Below are positions 50,311-63,140 of a stretch of 64,000 nucleotides of DNA, one piece after another; position 1 is the stretch's first letter, and each line of letters begins with the position of its first letter. The notes under the pieces are model-generated. The model saw only the letters and a list, made by a program, of their open reading frames with translations. It made no database searches and was not told where the DNA came from. Origin of the DNA: Octopus bimaculoides (taxonomy: Eukaryota); the NCBI RefSeq assembly GCF_001194135.2, contig NC_068983.1:79823287-79887286 (forward strand), written 5' to 3'. The position numbers and the translations under genes are program-made.

Positions 50311-52204
50311 TTCTAATTCACCTATAGATTCAGCTATGACATTATTCAGTATTAACACAATAGATGTGTTTGTACTTTAAGCCTAGAGAGAAAGGTTAAT
50401 GAAATCACAGACACATTAGAAACCAATGACTTAATCAAAAACTTAGGCATGTGTCATAAGTTTGATATATTGGATCAAACCTTTTGCTGTTGCTTATCCC
50501 CCAAGGTCAACCTTGATTGAAAAGACCTGTGATCAAAAAGCATTCCAGCCATGATCATCCAATCACTTTTTCTGATGCAGTATAACATCAGTTTATATTA
50601 TCCAATGTATCTGTATTTCTATTGTTTAGGTTTTTTTTGAAATCATGTATGCAATTTGAGGGCAATTTGGCTTCTTTTACCAACAAGCTAAGTGACCATG
50701 TAAAAGCTTTGATTGCATATCCTCTGGGCAGAATTTGGTTTCATTTGGCTCGGTAATATGTTGTACATTCAGTGAGCATATGATTATGTAAACTGCAGTG
50801 TAATAATCAGCTTTTACCATTGTACTTAGTTGTTTAGAGGTTCAGACTGTAGCACTGCATATGTATGTAGTTAAAGCAGAACAGTTTCCATTAATATGGT
50901 GAGTTTATTAATAAAGCTAGCTCATGGCTTAGGGCTTTAAATTTCACTGTATGATAGCTATGAAATAACATTACTTGAGCTTCTGGTCTTGGGAGTAAAA
51001 GGTTAACAGCAACATATTCTGATAACAGTGAGATGAAGTCCAGTGAACCATAGATGAAAATATGTTGTATGTTTCCATAAAGTAGCATTGATTTAATGTT
51101 ATGTAGTACCTAATAAATGAAAGAATTATATCTCTTATAACCTTGTTGTTTAGTGCCAGACCAGTCTTAATTGAATAGAAAGAATTATATAATCAATGTT
51201 GCTTAAGCCATGATCATCATACTTTTATGTTTTATCTCCACAGTAGATGTAGGGCCACATTGGCTAATGTATCCCATTAAGGAAACTGTAACTGCTATTT
51301 TTAGCAGGTCATTTGACTTCCTTGTTCACTCAGTTGATTGATTGAAAGTTATTAGAAACAGTTAAGAAAATGTATCATAGGTTATGACCCCATCAATTGA
51401 TTTAGCAGATTTTATAATTACTTTCTAGAATAATATTTCTAAACTAAGTGCAATCAGCTATCTATTTTTGATTTGAGAATCTCTAGATTTCTTTAAAAAA
51501 TTCCCAGCTGGTTTACAAATGTAAAGGGCACTTATTTCGTTGACTGGTTTAGTTAAAAGATTTTTTTTAAAAAGCAATGTAGAGATTGCAGTAGTGTCCA
51601 TGTGGTAGATTCTCCATTTATTTGTAACTTTTGTTTTACATAGTCTGAGATTAATAAAAGTTATAGAAAATATTCAGATTTTTTGTCTACATAAAATGTT
51701 TCTCATGAATTAATGTTTAAGTATATTTGCGAATCTATCAAAAATTACTTTAATTGAAACAAACATTCAAGTTCTATAATAAGATTTTTTTGCAAAAATA
51801 TAAGCGTTTCTTTGTGAAATGATTTACAGATGAATTTTCATTCATTTTTCAACTGAAAACATTAATAATAATGTAAATTGATCAGCATTCAAATTAACTT
51901 CAGTTAACTGTCAGTTTTAAAAAAGTATTAATTTATTTTATGTCTAACCATTTTTTTTTTAATGCTAAATGTTGCTGCTATTATATTTATTATTCATTTA
52001 TATAAGACTGACTAGTGTATAAGATTTATTAGTCTCAAGAGGAGCCAACAGCAATATATTATATAATCAGACATTGGTTTTCTTTTTAACCATTATATAT
52101 ATATAGATATAGATATATAGTTTTTCTTTTTTTTTTGGTGGGGTGTGTTTTTTGTAATGGTAATCTTAGAATAATGTCTTTCTGAATATAGCTCTGCATG
52201 TAGT

Positions 52205-52430
52205 TTCTATCTGTCTCAGTTGGCAGAATCGGTAGAGTAGTGAACGAAAATGCCTGGTGAAATATTGTTACACTCCTTCCATGTTTTATGTTTTGAATCC
52301 AACAGACATCAACTTTGCCTTTTATCTTTAAAGTGTCGATAGAATAATAATGGGATTGATAAGATCGATAAGATCGACTATATCTTTCCCACAAAATATG
52401 TGACCTTATAGCTATGCTAGAAATCAATAT
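52205..52430 (-). mobile_element. Rearranged SINE-A copy (head on plus, 52205-52340)
   Basis: TTGGCAGAATCGGTAGAG..TTTGAATCC..AACTTTGCCTTTTATC..AAAATATGTGACCTTATAG. Confidence 0.55.
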
Positions 52431-54434
52431 CATTTATCTATGAATATCTCTAGGAACAATATGTACTACAATGAACTATAATGTATGATTTGGAAATTCA
52501 AGTTTATATGCAATGTACAGATAAGAGTACTGATGTTTCTTACAAAGCCCTTCAGTAGAAAGAAAGGAAAGATTCTTTACAAAGTTTACTGAGTGCATTG
52601 GCACCAGCACTAAAAAGTATACTTTGTCCCCAACAAGGCTACAAGCTCCTTTCTACTGCATGTTGTCCCCATCCATTCACCAACTTTGCAATATATTGTG
52701 TTTTTATTTTGACATGTGTTTGTTAGGAGTGAAATGGGATACAACTACAACCCTTTTCAGGACCTCTGAGACAGATATGAGAAACAATGTGGGTTACATT
52801 CACTGGAGGCTTAATGTGAATGCTTACAGCAAAGTGACTCCTCTAAAGGCACCCTAGGATTCAGTGATGACATATTATCTCTTTATCTTTTACTTGTTTC
52901 AGTCATTAGTCTGCAGCCATGATGGGTCAACACCTTGAATTTTAGTCAAACAAATCAACCCAAAGCCTTTTATTTATTTATTTGCTTTTTTGTTAAGTCT
53001 GGTACTTATTCTATCAGTCTCTTGCTGAACTTCTAGGTTACAGGGACATAAACACACCAACACCAGTTGTCAAGCAGTGGTGGTGGTGGGGGGAACAGAC
53101 ACAATAACACACACACATATAATGGACTTCTTTCAGTTTCCATCTACCAAATCCACCCACAAAGCTTTGGTCTGCCCGAGGCTATAGTGGAAGACACTTG
53201 CAACATGGTGCCACACAGTATGACTAGACCCAGAAACATGTGGGTGGGAAACAAACTTCTTATCACACAGCCATGTCTGTACCCATTACGTAAAAAAAGA
53301 GTGTAGTCTTTTCTCTCTTTGAAGCTGAGCTTTGCTCAAAATAACTGCAAGCTTGCCTCCCCACAATCATCATCATCATTATCATCGTCATTATCGTCAT
53401 TTAACATCTGTCTTCCATGTCAGCACAGGTTGGACTGTTTGACAGGAGCTGGCAAGCCAAAGAGCTGCACCAGGCTCCATTATCTGCTTTGACATAGTTT
53501 CTACAGCTGGATGCACTTCCTAACACCAACCACTTTTCAGAGTGTACTAGGTGCTTGTTACGTGGCACCATCCCCTGTGGGTCACCAGGTAACTTGCTGG
53601 GAGAGGGAGTGGAACAAGGGAAGTAGCTTTATGCCAACTCCAAACATAGCTAAATGATATTTACCGACACAAATCACCACTAGTGTCATCAGACTCTGAA
53701 GGGAGAGATATGCAATCTACCTTATTACTGGACCCTTTGACACCTTAAGTGGAGCAGCATACCATGTTGCAAGCATTCAGGTCAGTTTTCTGGTTTGAAG
53801 ATAACATCATCCCTTCCTCCAACTTGTTATAGAGGCCCTGAAAAGAGTCAGAGACACTGCTTTTCTTCCTCTGATTAACATATGTAAAAATAAATGATAT
53901 TTTGTAAAATGGTCTGTGTTAAAAATAGCATCCATCCATAGAAGCCATGCTAGAAAGTATATGTACAGAAAGAATGCCCAAGCAGATCATGACAAACCAT
54001 CCAACTTATGCTAGCATGCAAAACAGATGTAAAATAGATATATTGATAAAGATGATGATGATGATGATAATAATGATGAATAAACTCAATAGTAGATACA
54101 TTTTTCTTTTCATTTTAACAAAGCTGCAATGATTTTGTTGCCTTTCGAATGACTTCCATATCTGAAGACATTGGCAGAAACTCTACTGCCAATGTTAAAT
54201 ATGTTTTAAAACTTCAGGACACTTTCAGATTTGAAGCTTGGCTCTATGTAAGCAATAACTTCTACAGTATATTCATTTCTTAACCTTTAGAATGCAATAG
54301 GAATAACTTTCTTTGAAAGATCACTTGTCTTTATGGTTCAAAAAACAAAAACGAAAAATAAATCATCTTATACCATTTTACTTTCTATTACTAATAATAG
54401 ATTATTTTAAAATCAGCAGCAGCAGCAACAGCAG

Positions 54435-55276
54435 CACTGATGTGCTAGACAAAATACTTTGCTGAATTGAGTTATGTTCTTTTATATTCTGAGTTAAGAC
54501 CTCTCTGGGGTTGACTTTGTCTTTCATTCTTACAGGGTCAATATATTACTCTCTGCCAAGTAACCTAATTGACTATACCCTCCTGCTCTCCTATAACTTG
54601 TGAACTTGTGCCAAACTTAGAAATATTATTATCGTTATTATTATTATTTGGGTGGTGGAGTTGTAGAATCAAGAGGAACGCCAGATAAAGTACCTTTTTA
54701 GCTTTTTGGTATTTAGTTTGCACACATTTATATTCCCAGTTCAAATCCCACTGTCTATGAAAATAAATAACAGTAAAATATCAACAAAATAAATTCAATT
54801 ACTTATACTACTCTGCTACTAATTATGGCTGTGTGCCAATATGAGAAACATTAAATCATCAGATACAATGCCTTGTACTAATTTTGTTATGGCTTTTCAT
54901 ATTCTGGTTTCAAATCCCAAAGGGATCACTTTTACTTTTCATCCCATCAGGGTCAATAAAAATCAGTACCAACTAAGTACTGGGGGTTGATATAATTGAC
55001 TGTTACACTTACTCTACATTTCTTAGCCAATGTTAGATCATCATCATCATCATTATCATCATCATCAAGGTAGTGAGCTGGCAGAATTGTTAGCACACTG
55101 GACAAATTGCTTAGCATTTCATCTGTCTTTACATTCTGAGTTCAAATTCTGCTGAGGCTGACTTTGCCTTTCATCATTTTGGGGTCATTAAAATAAGTAC
55201 CAGTTGATCACTCGGGTCAATATTATTGACTCACACCCTCCTCCAAACTTGCTGGCCATGTGCCAAAATTTGAAAC

Positions 55277-55309
<33 letters not shown>

Positions 55310-55352
55310 TACTACTACTACTAGGAGGCTTTGTGCCTACAGTAGAAAGGAT
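54435..55352 (+). mobile_element. Tandem cluster of about four SINE-A copies separated by ATT/ATC tracts
   Basis: Repeated bodies; the best copy (55068-55280) is CpG-depleted. Confidence 0.75.
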
Positions 55353-56007
55353 TATTATTACTATTGCAGTAACAGTAATCTAGTCAACTTGTGATAAATT
55401 GCATGACAACTTTAGTGAAATGTATAGATTGTGGGTGGACTACAAATGCACATCTTTGAAGCTGTTCTGCTTTCCACTTAGAACCAAGTGCAATAATATC
55501 CATGTATTTATTTATGTTTCCTTTCCTAATGTTACAATTGAAGATAATTTCAAGCAGGGTATATTCTTTTCAGATCAAACCAAGTTATTTCATGTTTACA
55601 ATAAGCTACATTAAGAGGACAAAATGCCTGATATTTAAGGGAATCATTTTAGATTTGATTGGTGTAGATATGGATGTTATCAAGTCTATTTATGTGATGC
55701 AGTTATTGATCAATCCATATGAGAATATTAACATATGTTCTGCATGATATTCAGAAACCATTTCTTGTTTGCTTTTCAGAATAAAAAAAAAGCATTATGG
55801 TAAATTATGAAGTGAAAATTTTAATATCACTTCAAATGAAAAATAGAAAAGGTTATTGTTTATGTACCTATATGACATGCAATCACACACACACACTCAT
55901 TGCCAGATGCTAGAGGTATTATGAAACTTGTACCACACGAAAACAATTCAGTTTGAGTAATATATCTTTAATAAACAATACACTTTAAATCAACATTAGG
56001 ATACAAC

Positions 56008-56038
<31 letters not shown>

Positions 56039-56269
56039 ACGTTTTATATATATGTGTATATTCTTTTATTTGTTTCAGTCACTTGACTGTGGCCATGCTG
56101 GAACACCATCTTTAGTCAAACTAATTGACCCCGGGACTTATTCTTTGTAAGCCTAGTACTTATTCTATTGGTCACTTTTGCTGAAATGCTAAGTTACTGG
56201 GATGTAAACACACCAACACATATTGTCAAGTGATGATGGGGAGACAAACACTGACACACACACACATAC

Positions 56270-56322
56270 ACACACACATACATACATATGTACATACATA
56301 CGTACATACATACATACATACA

Positions 56323-56352
<30 letters not shown>
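56270..56352. repeat. (CATA)n microsatellite
   Basis: Direct inspection. Confidence 0.95.
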
Positions 56353-56354
<2 letters not shown>

Positions 56355-56537
56355 ACTCTACTGCCAATGTTAAATATGTTTTAAAACTTCAGGACACTTT
56401 CAAATTTGAAACTTGGCTCTATGTAAGCAATAACTTCTACATTATATTCATTTCTTAACTTTTAGAATGCAGTAGGAATAACTTTCTTTGAAAGATCACT
56501 TGTCTTTATGGTTCACAAAAACAAATACACATATTGA

Positions 56538-57575
56538 AGAGACTAAAATCACTAACAAAAATTCAGTCCACCACTCTCTTCGAATTATAGTATGTCCATG
56601 ACTGTGAAACTCTCGCCCACAAACCAGCCAACCTTCAGCAGAACTTAGATGTCATGTGCAATGCCTATCATCGGGCTGGACTCCAGGTCAACACCAAGAA
56701 AACAGAGATCCTTCAATGCTCCAAAAATAGTTCACCCCCTGTGACTCTTTCAATCCAAGACAACGAGCTAAAGAACACCGAGAAATTCACCTATTTGGGT
56801 AGCATCATCTCAAGCAATGGGATCATTGGCCACGAAATTCAGAATTGCATCCACCCTGCCTCCTCTGCTTTTGGACGTCTCAAGGATAGAGTCTTCCTTA
56901 ATCATGATCTGAATCTCTCTACGAAAATCAAGGTTTATCGTGCTGTTGTGATTTCCACGCTTCTGTATACCTCAAAAACCTGGACACTTTATCATGGTCA
57001 TGTTAAACTCCTCAAAGCCTTTCATATCCGCTGTTTCCAGCTCATTCTTTATCTGACCTGGAAGGATAAGATCCCACATACTGAGATCCAGAGATGAGCA
57101 AAATTGTCAAGCATCGAATGTATGTTCCTCGAACGCCAACTGCACTGGGTGGGGCATGTTATCAGGATGCCAGAAAACTGTATACCCAAAATTGTCCTCT
57201 TTGGGGAGTTAGCAGAGGGTAACCGACCGCATGGAGGGCCAAAGAAGCGATATATAAATCATCTCAAGAAATCCCTGAAGCCCTGGTGAACTTGAAACAC
57301 TGGCCACAGACTGTACTACCTGGAGGGATATGGTCAAAATTGCTATGCAGCATTTTGAGGATGAGCGGACTAGACTTCACGAAGAAAAGCGGAGACAGCT
57401 CAAGGACATCAAAATTCTAGATGAGCACATCTTCGTCAGAGCCCTCTTCGCTGCTCTCAGTGTAATCGGACATGTGCCTCCAGAATCGGCCTTTTCAGTC
57501 AATGCCATCAAGACAACTTCTAAGGGTCAAAAACGATGCCGTCATCTGTCAAGATGGACTGCCTTAAGCAAGTAA
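56538..57575 (+). mobile_element. 5'-truncated RTE-clade LINE (BovB-like), RT core to 3' end, pseudogenised
   Basis: RLKSLTKIQSTTLFEL*YVHDC (YADD motif mutated)..GLQVNTKKTE..KFTYLGSIIS..ASSAFGRLKDRVF..TKIKVYRAVVISTLLY..QLHWVGHVIRM..GGPKKRY. Visibly more GC-rich than the flanks; ends near CAAGTAAG. Confidence 0.9.
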
Positions 57576-60500
57576 GCATGCACATATATACATACATATA
57601 TAAACTTTTATATATATACTCATATGTACATGTATATATAGGTTTGTTGATGCAAACAAGAAAAATAGAACTCAAAATATGAGTTTGATAAGTGCCAATG
57701 CATGGAGGTCTCAGCTATGAGTCACTCTGTTGCTTCTGCTAAATATTAATAAAAAAAAACATATATTCACATATTTATATATTTATCTCTTTCTTTCTCT
57801 CTCTACTCATATCAGCCCAATCTATTTTTAATATTTGTTTTTGTTCACAAGAGAAAAGGATATACATTAAATAGAGAAGTAATTATTAATCATATACATT
57901 CTCTTCTATAACCTATGATGACACCATATGAAATAACTAGATTTAATATTGAACTCTTTTTTTATTTCTCATCCCCACTATATTGAACATCAAGCTATCC
58001 TTGGACAGTTCCCAGAGCATATCAGTTTTTCTATTAGATGTTGCTAGTCCCTCACTTGAACATTTTCCATTTTTGGACAAAGTGATGCTATTAGTGGTCT
58101 TCCATGTGTCTCCTTGTGGCGCAATTTAACTGATTCTGAGAAAAAGAAGCAAGTGAAAAATATTGAATTACTACTTGGGGAAAAATATATAATTGAACAA
58201 AGATTACATTGAAAACTTGTTTACAAAGAGAATCAGAAAATGCATAGAACACTTTTGGTATCTTAAAATTTGTAAAAATCACGTTATTTTCTCATGTATA
58301 AGAAAAAAGATTTGCTTCATATGATTCCTGTGATTCATGTAATTCACATTGTTGCCTTTTCTTGGTAGTATTAGAAAGATAGATCATAAATTGTATTTGA
58401 AGTCCGTTCATATATAAATGCAACGAATTAATGATATTAGTACTGTTACATGAATCAATAAGTTATAAATCTGATCTAATAAGAGAGAACTTTGATTTTT
58501 GCCAATATATTAAACATGAATCATACAATCCAATTAGGAAACCTGAAAAAGCAGCAAATCGCCCTCAAATCACATCTCATTATCATAAAATGTAAAGACA
58601 CTGAAGATAATGTAGTCTTTGGTAGCCTTGAAATGATGGGATTATCATGGCTAGAATTCTTTTGATCAGAGGTCTATTCATTCAAGGCTGACCTTGGTTA
58701 AACAACAATAGCAACAATATGAAACAGTATTCATGACTGCATTTTGAAACCTCTCAAATGAAATGCCTTATGTTGCTTATGTAACAAAATGCTAGTTTAA
58801 CCTTGTGGTTGAGAAATTGCTTTTGTAATCCCTTCTGGGTTCAATCATACTCTGTGGAACCATGGGCAAGTGTCTTCTGTCATAACCCATGGATGACTCA
58901 AGTATTGTGAGTGAAGTTCAATAATGTGAAACTGTAGAAGTCCATCAGATGAACCGCACCTGCTCTTGGATAGTAGACTTGCTCTATTGATTAATATAAA
59001 CTCATTATCTGAGTATGGATACTTTTAGTGAAGTTCATTTGGATTGGCAGAATTATTTGAGCATCAAATAAAATGTCCTGCAGCATTGAGTTTCAGCCCA
59101 TTGCTTTCTGGGTTCAATTTCTATCAAGATCAACCTTGCTTTCATTCATCCAAGGTTAATAAAATTATGTACTAGTTAAGTGCCATTGCTGATTTGACTA
59201 AACAGTATCTTCCAGGATTCTTCAAGTAAGAAACTATGGCTGGGTTTGTTAAACGAATCTTCTTGGTGCTTCTTACACTTTAAGTTTAGATAAGGATGTA
59301 AAACAAATGGTCACAGTATTCTTATGAGGTGCTGCAAAACCTAGATACTGCTAACATTGGAAGTCATAATGGCAGAACCATGCTACATAAACCCTATTAT
59401 TAAGATATGCAGCACATTTGTCAATGTTCCTGATAAACATCAACAGAAGGAAAAAATGGACTCTGTTGAAAACATTGCCAGATACTAGGGATACTATGAA
59501 ACTCATACCACAAGAAAGCAATTCAGTTTGAGTATACTATTCTCTAATCTGAGAACTACTCTCCATCTCAATGCATTGTTTCTATTTGAAGCAGCCTATT
59601 TGTCATAATTTTTGCTACCTGTCTTTCACCAATCTTGGAAGCCCTGTGAAAAAATCTTGTTAGTGTTCTTTTTCTTTCATTTGACCAAAGCCCTTTTTAT
59701 TTAATTCTATGTTACTGCCTTGACTTTGATGTCATTGATGCATTACGTATTTATCAGCGACTTTTGGAAAACCACCAGAAATTAAGAGAAACAAGCTTGG
59801 TACAGCATTTCTTCACTAAAGACAGATATGTATAATATCTCAATAAAGTTTCTTGTACCATATGACAATTAACTTTGTCATAATGCAAAATGAGGATGAT
59901 TCAGCAACTATGATAAACTTTTTCTCTTAGACAGTCTTTTATTAACCCTGTTATAACCATGTTTCTTGAAAAATATAGCGCATAATATGCTAGGTTGTTT
60001 TCCTTTAATAAAGAATTTGTAAAATGACTAACTTTTTCATTGTTATGCTGATAACATTAGCTCCTCACATAATGATGATAGAATGTGTTGATATAAATAT
60101 GAATACTTTAAAATGTTATTGTTTTGTTCTATTTTTTTTTTATTATGGTACCAAAGTCAGTTTCAGATAAGTTGTTTTAAAATAGTTAAAAATTTAAGAA
60201 TATTTTCTAGAAAATATTAATTACCAACATTTTCCCAAGTTATAATACTTGTTGAGAATTTTATGAAGTTTTGTTCAATATTAAAACTTGAATTATCAAA
60301 ATACAATTATTATGTTTAATTCAAACTGAATTTTAAAAAAAATAAATATAGTAACTTTATGAAATCATTATTAAACTGTGTGTATTCTATCATTTACCAA
60401 AATGGTACATTTGTTGACAACTATCCCCAAAGGAATCATTATTTTCTAACAAAATTAACACAACTCATCAGTATGCATACATATGACATACAAAATGTCA

Positions 60501-61139
60501 GAAAAGATTTATTGACATGTAAAAAAAGTAAGATATACGGAATCTGCATTGAATTCTTAGTTTTGATTTGTTTGGGTGTTCATTTATATGTTTCCACCGA
60601 TGATTTTAATTCTTGATGTCAACCAAGAAAGCAAGCACTTAATACAATTTCCATTTTTGGCCTATAAAAAATAGCAATCTATCATTACATTGAATCTACT
60701 GCTGCTGCAAATCATCTCCTTCAACGTTATATGTTTCGATAAGGAGTGAGTCCACAGCATAAGAGATGTTGTGTACACAACGTTGGCCAATCTTTTTTCA
60801 CTATTTGTCTGTAGCAAGGTCAAATGCTTCATTAAATCTCAAATTACATCCAGCCAGGCCATCATTAACTTGTGAAATATGTCCTTTGCAAAGCTCCTTT
60901 GACATGATAAGGCTCTGCAGCTAAACGTTTGAAATTTGAAAGTCTGGTTTTCTCAGAGTATTCCCTGTCAAAACTAATCAATTTGAACATAACACACTTC
61001 CATCTAAGAAAGTTTGCATTCTTTCAGTTAGCTCTTCGTTATTTATTTTTTGTAGAATACTTGAAGTATCAATGTTAGAGCTGGGTCAATGACGCAAACC
61101 AAAGTTGCTAGACTTTCTCTCTGTACTGGCTGTATATAC

Positions 61140-61865
61140 CTGATTCTGCCTGAGCATTGCATTTAAGATATGTGTGTGGAATATTCATCCTCATTCACAT
61201 TGATTCGATACACTTAGTACATAAGTTAATTGAACAACTGAAAACTCATAGTTGGAAATTTTGGCAGATTTATAGACACAGGCTTGGTAATGTGGTTAAG
61301 AAGTTTGCTCTCAAACTATATCCAGCAGTTTATCGGTTCACCTATTAAACAGTTAGTGCCCATTATATTCCAATTCTAGCTATCTTTCATTGTTATTTAG
61401 CCCATGGTTAGCTCAGACTGAAAATACCTATGGTCACAGACATTCCAGTCACAACCATCCTGCTCTTTATTTGAGCATTGCCTACATAGGACTGTATTAT
61501 CCAATGTGCTATTCTCTTTTCAAGGAAACATAACAAGGGACACACACACACAGACATATGCATATACACACGCATATAGTGGGTATTAGGATGCATATGC
61601 AAGAATATGTAGGCATTAAGTTTTAAGACTGTTCAAATTCCTAAAATCCAACTTCTTAATCTTGAATTATGTGTCATAATACCCACCACTCACAGAGTAC
61701 ATTGAAACAGCTGTAAAGATTTGATTATATCACATAAAGTTATGTAATTTCTCATGTAAATATATTATAAATACTGATGATTACTTGTCTATACTTACTC
61801 TATACATATAAATGTATGCATTCACACAAACACACACACACTGATACATATATACATGTGTGTAT

Positions 61866-61901
<36 letters not shown>

Positions 61902-62412
61902 CATGTATCACATATACACACATACACATTACACACACACACACACACACATTACACACACACACACACACATATATATACTTACATACAAAACACACAT
62001 ATACATATGCAAGCACACACAGACTGTGTGTGACCAAATGGTTAGAAAATTCACTTTGCAATCTTGAGGTCCTAAGATCAATCTGTTTGCATGGCATCTT
62101 GGATAAATGTCATTTTCTGTAGCCTCAGGTCAACTCGTATCTTGTGTGTGAACTTAGGTACACAGAAATATCATAGAAGTCATTACATGTATTGTGCATG
62201 AAATTCAAAGGTTCAAACTTGTCATATTATGTCAAACTGATTCTGCCTGAGCACTGCATTTAAGGTATGTGTGTGGAATATTCATCCACATCACACTGAT
62301 TCAATACACTTAGTAGATAAGTTAACTGAACAACGAAAAACTCATAGTTGGAAATTTTGGCAGATTTATAGACACAGGCTTGGTAATGTGGTTAAGAAGT
62401 TTGCTCTCAAAC
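61140..62412. repeat. Direct duplication of about 176 bp (61140-61316 / 62237-62412)
   Basis: About 10 differences by eye, all in the first ~105 bp; the last ~70 bp are identical and contain a SINE head. Confidence 0.9.
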
Positions 62413-62790
62413 AATTTGGATTCAGATTTAACAACACAGAGTGGCACCTTGACTAGGTATCTTGTACCTTTGCCCTAGGATGGCCTAAGCTTTGTGAGTG
62501 GACGTGGCAGACAGAAACTGAGAGAAGCCTCCCTTGTATGTAAGGTACGTGAGTGTATGTTTGTATTTCTATTTCCTTATACGCTAGTTATAAATGTGTC
62601 ACCATCATACTGGTGCTGCCTTTTGTTCCAAATCTCCTGTGAAAACATGTTTGGCCGTAAAGAAATGCTAACTTACTTAGAAAAAGGTAATGGTTGGCAA
62701 CAAGAAGGGCACCTGGTCGTAAAAAACGCCTGCTTCAATAAATCCCATCTGACTCATATAAGCATAGAATAATAGGTGTTAAAATATTGG
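62353..62790 (+). mobile_element. tRNA/CORE-like SINE ending in an RTE-type 3' tail
   Basis: Head GGCTTGGTAATGTGGTTAAGAAG, then GGCAACAAGAAGGGCACC..AATAAATCCCATCTGACTCAT..AAGCAT, similar to the RTE-X 3' UTR. Related tails at about 8810-8960, 15510-15630, 19640-19790, 38735-38850, 53900-54065. Confidence 0.55.
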
Positions 62791-62865
62791 TTTCAAATTT
62801 TAGCACAAGGCCAGCAATTTTGGAGAGGAGATAAATCAATTACAGTGAACTCAGTACTCAGTACT

Positions 62866-62872
62866 CTATATA

Positions 62873-62943
<71 letters not shown>

Positions 62944-63095
62944 GTATATATATATATAGAGAGAGAGAGAGGGACAAAGTGTACGTACACTGCTATATAT
63001 GTGTATATATATATGTATATTGTATATATATGTATGTGTATATATATATATATATGTACATATATGTATATATATATTTATATATGATGTATATT

Positions 63096-63130
<35 letters not shown>

Positions 63131-63140
63131 GTATGCATAC
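62866..63140. repeat. Long compound (TA)n/(GA)n/(TG)n microsatellite
   Basis: Direct inspection. Confidence 0.95.

Larger units (their letters stand above)
54179..56525. repeat. Direct duplication of about 170 bp (54179-54349 / 56354-56525)
   Basis: About 5 substitutions and 1 indel by eye; no other copy seen in the window. Confidence 0.9.
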
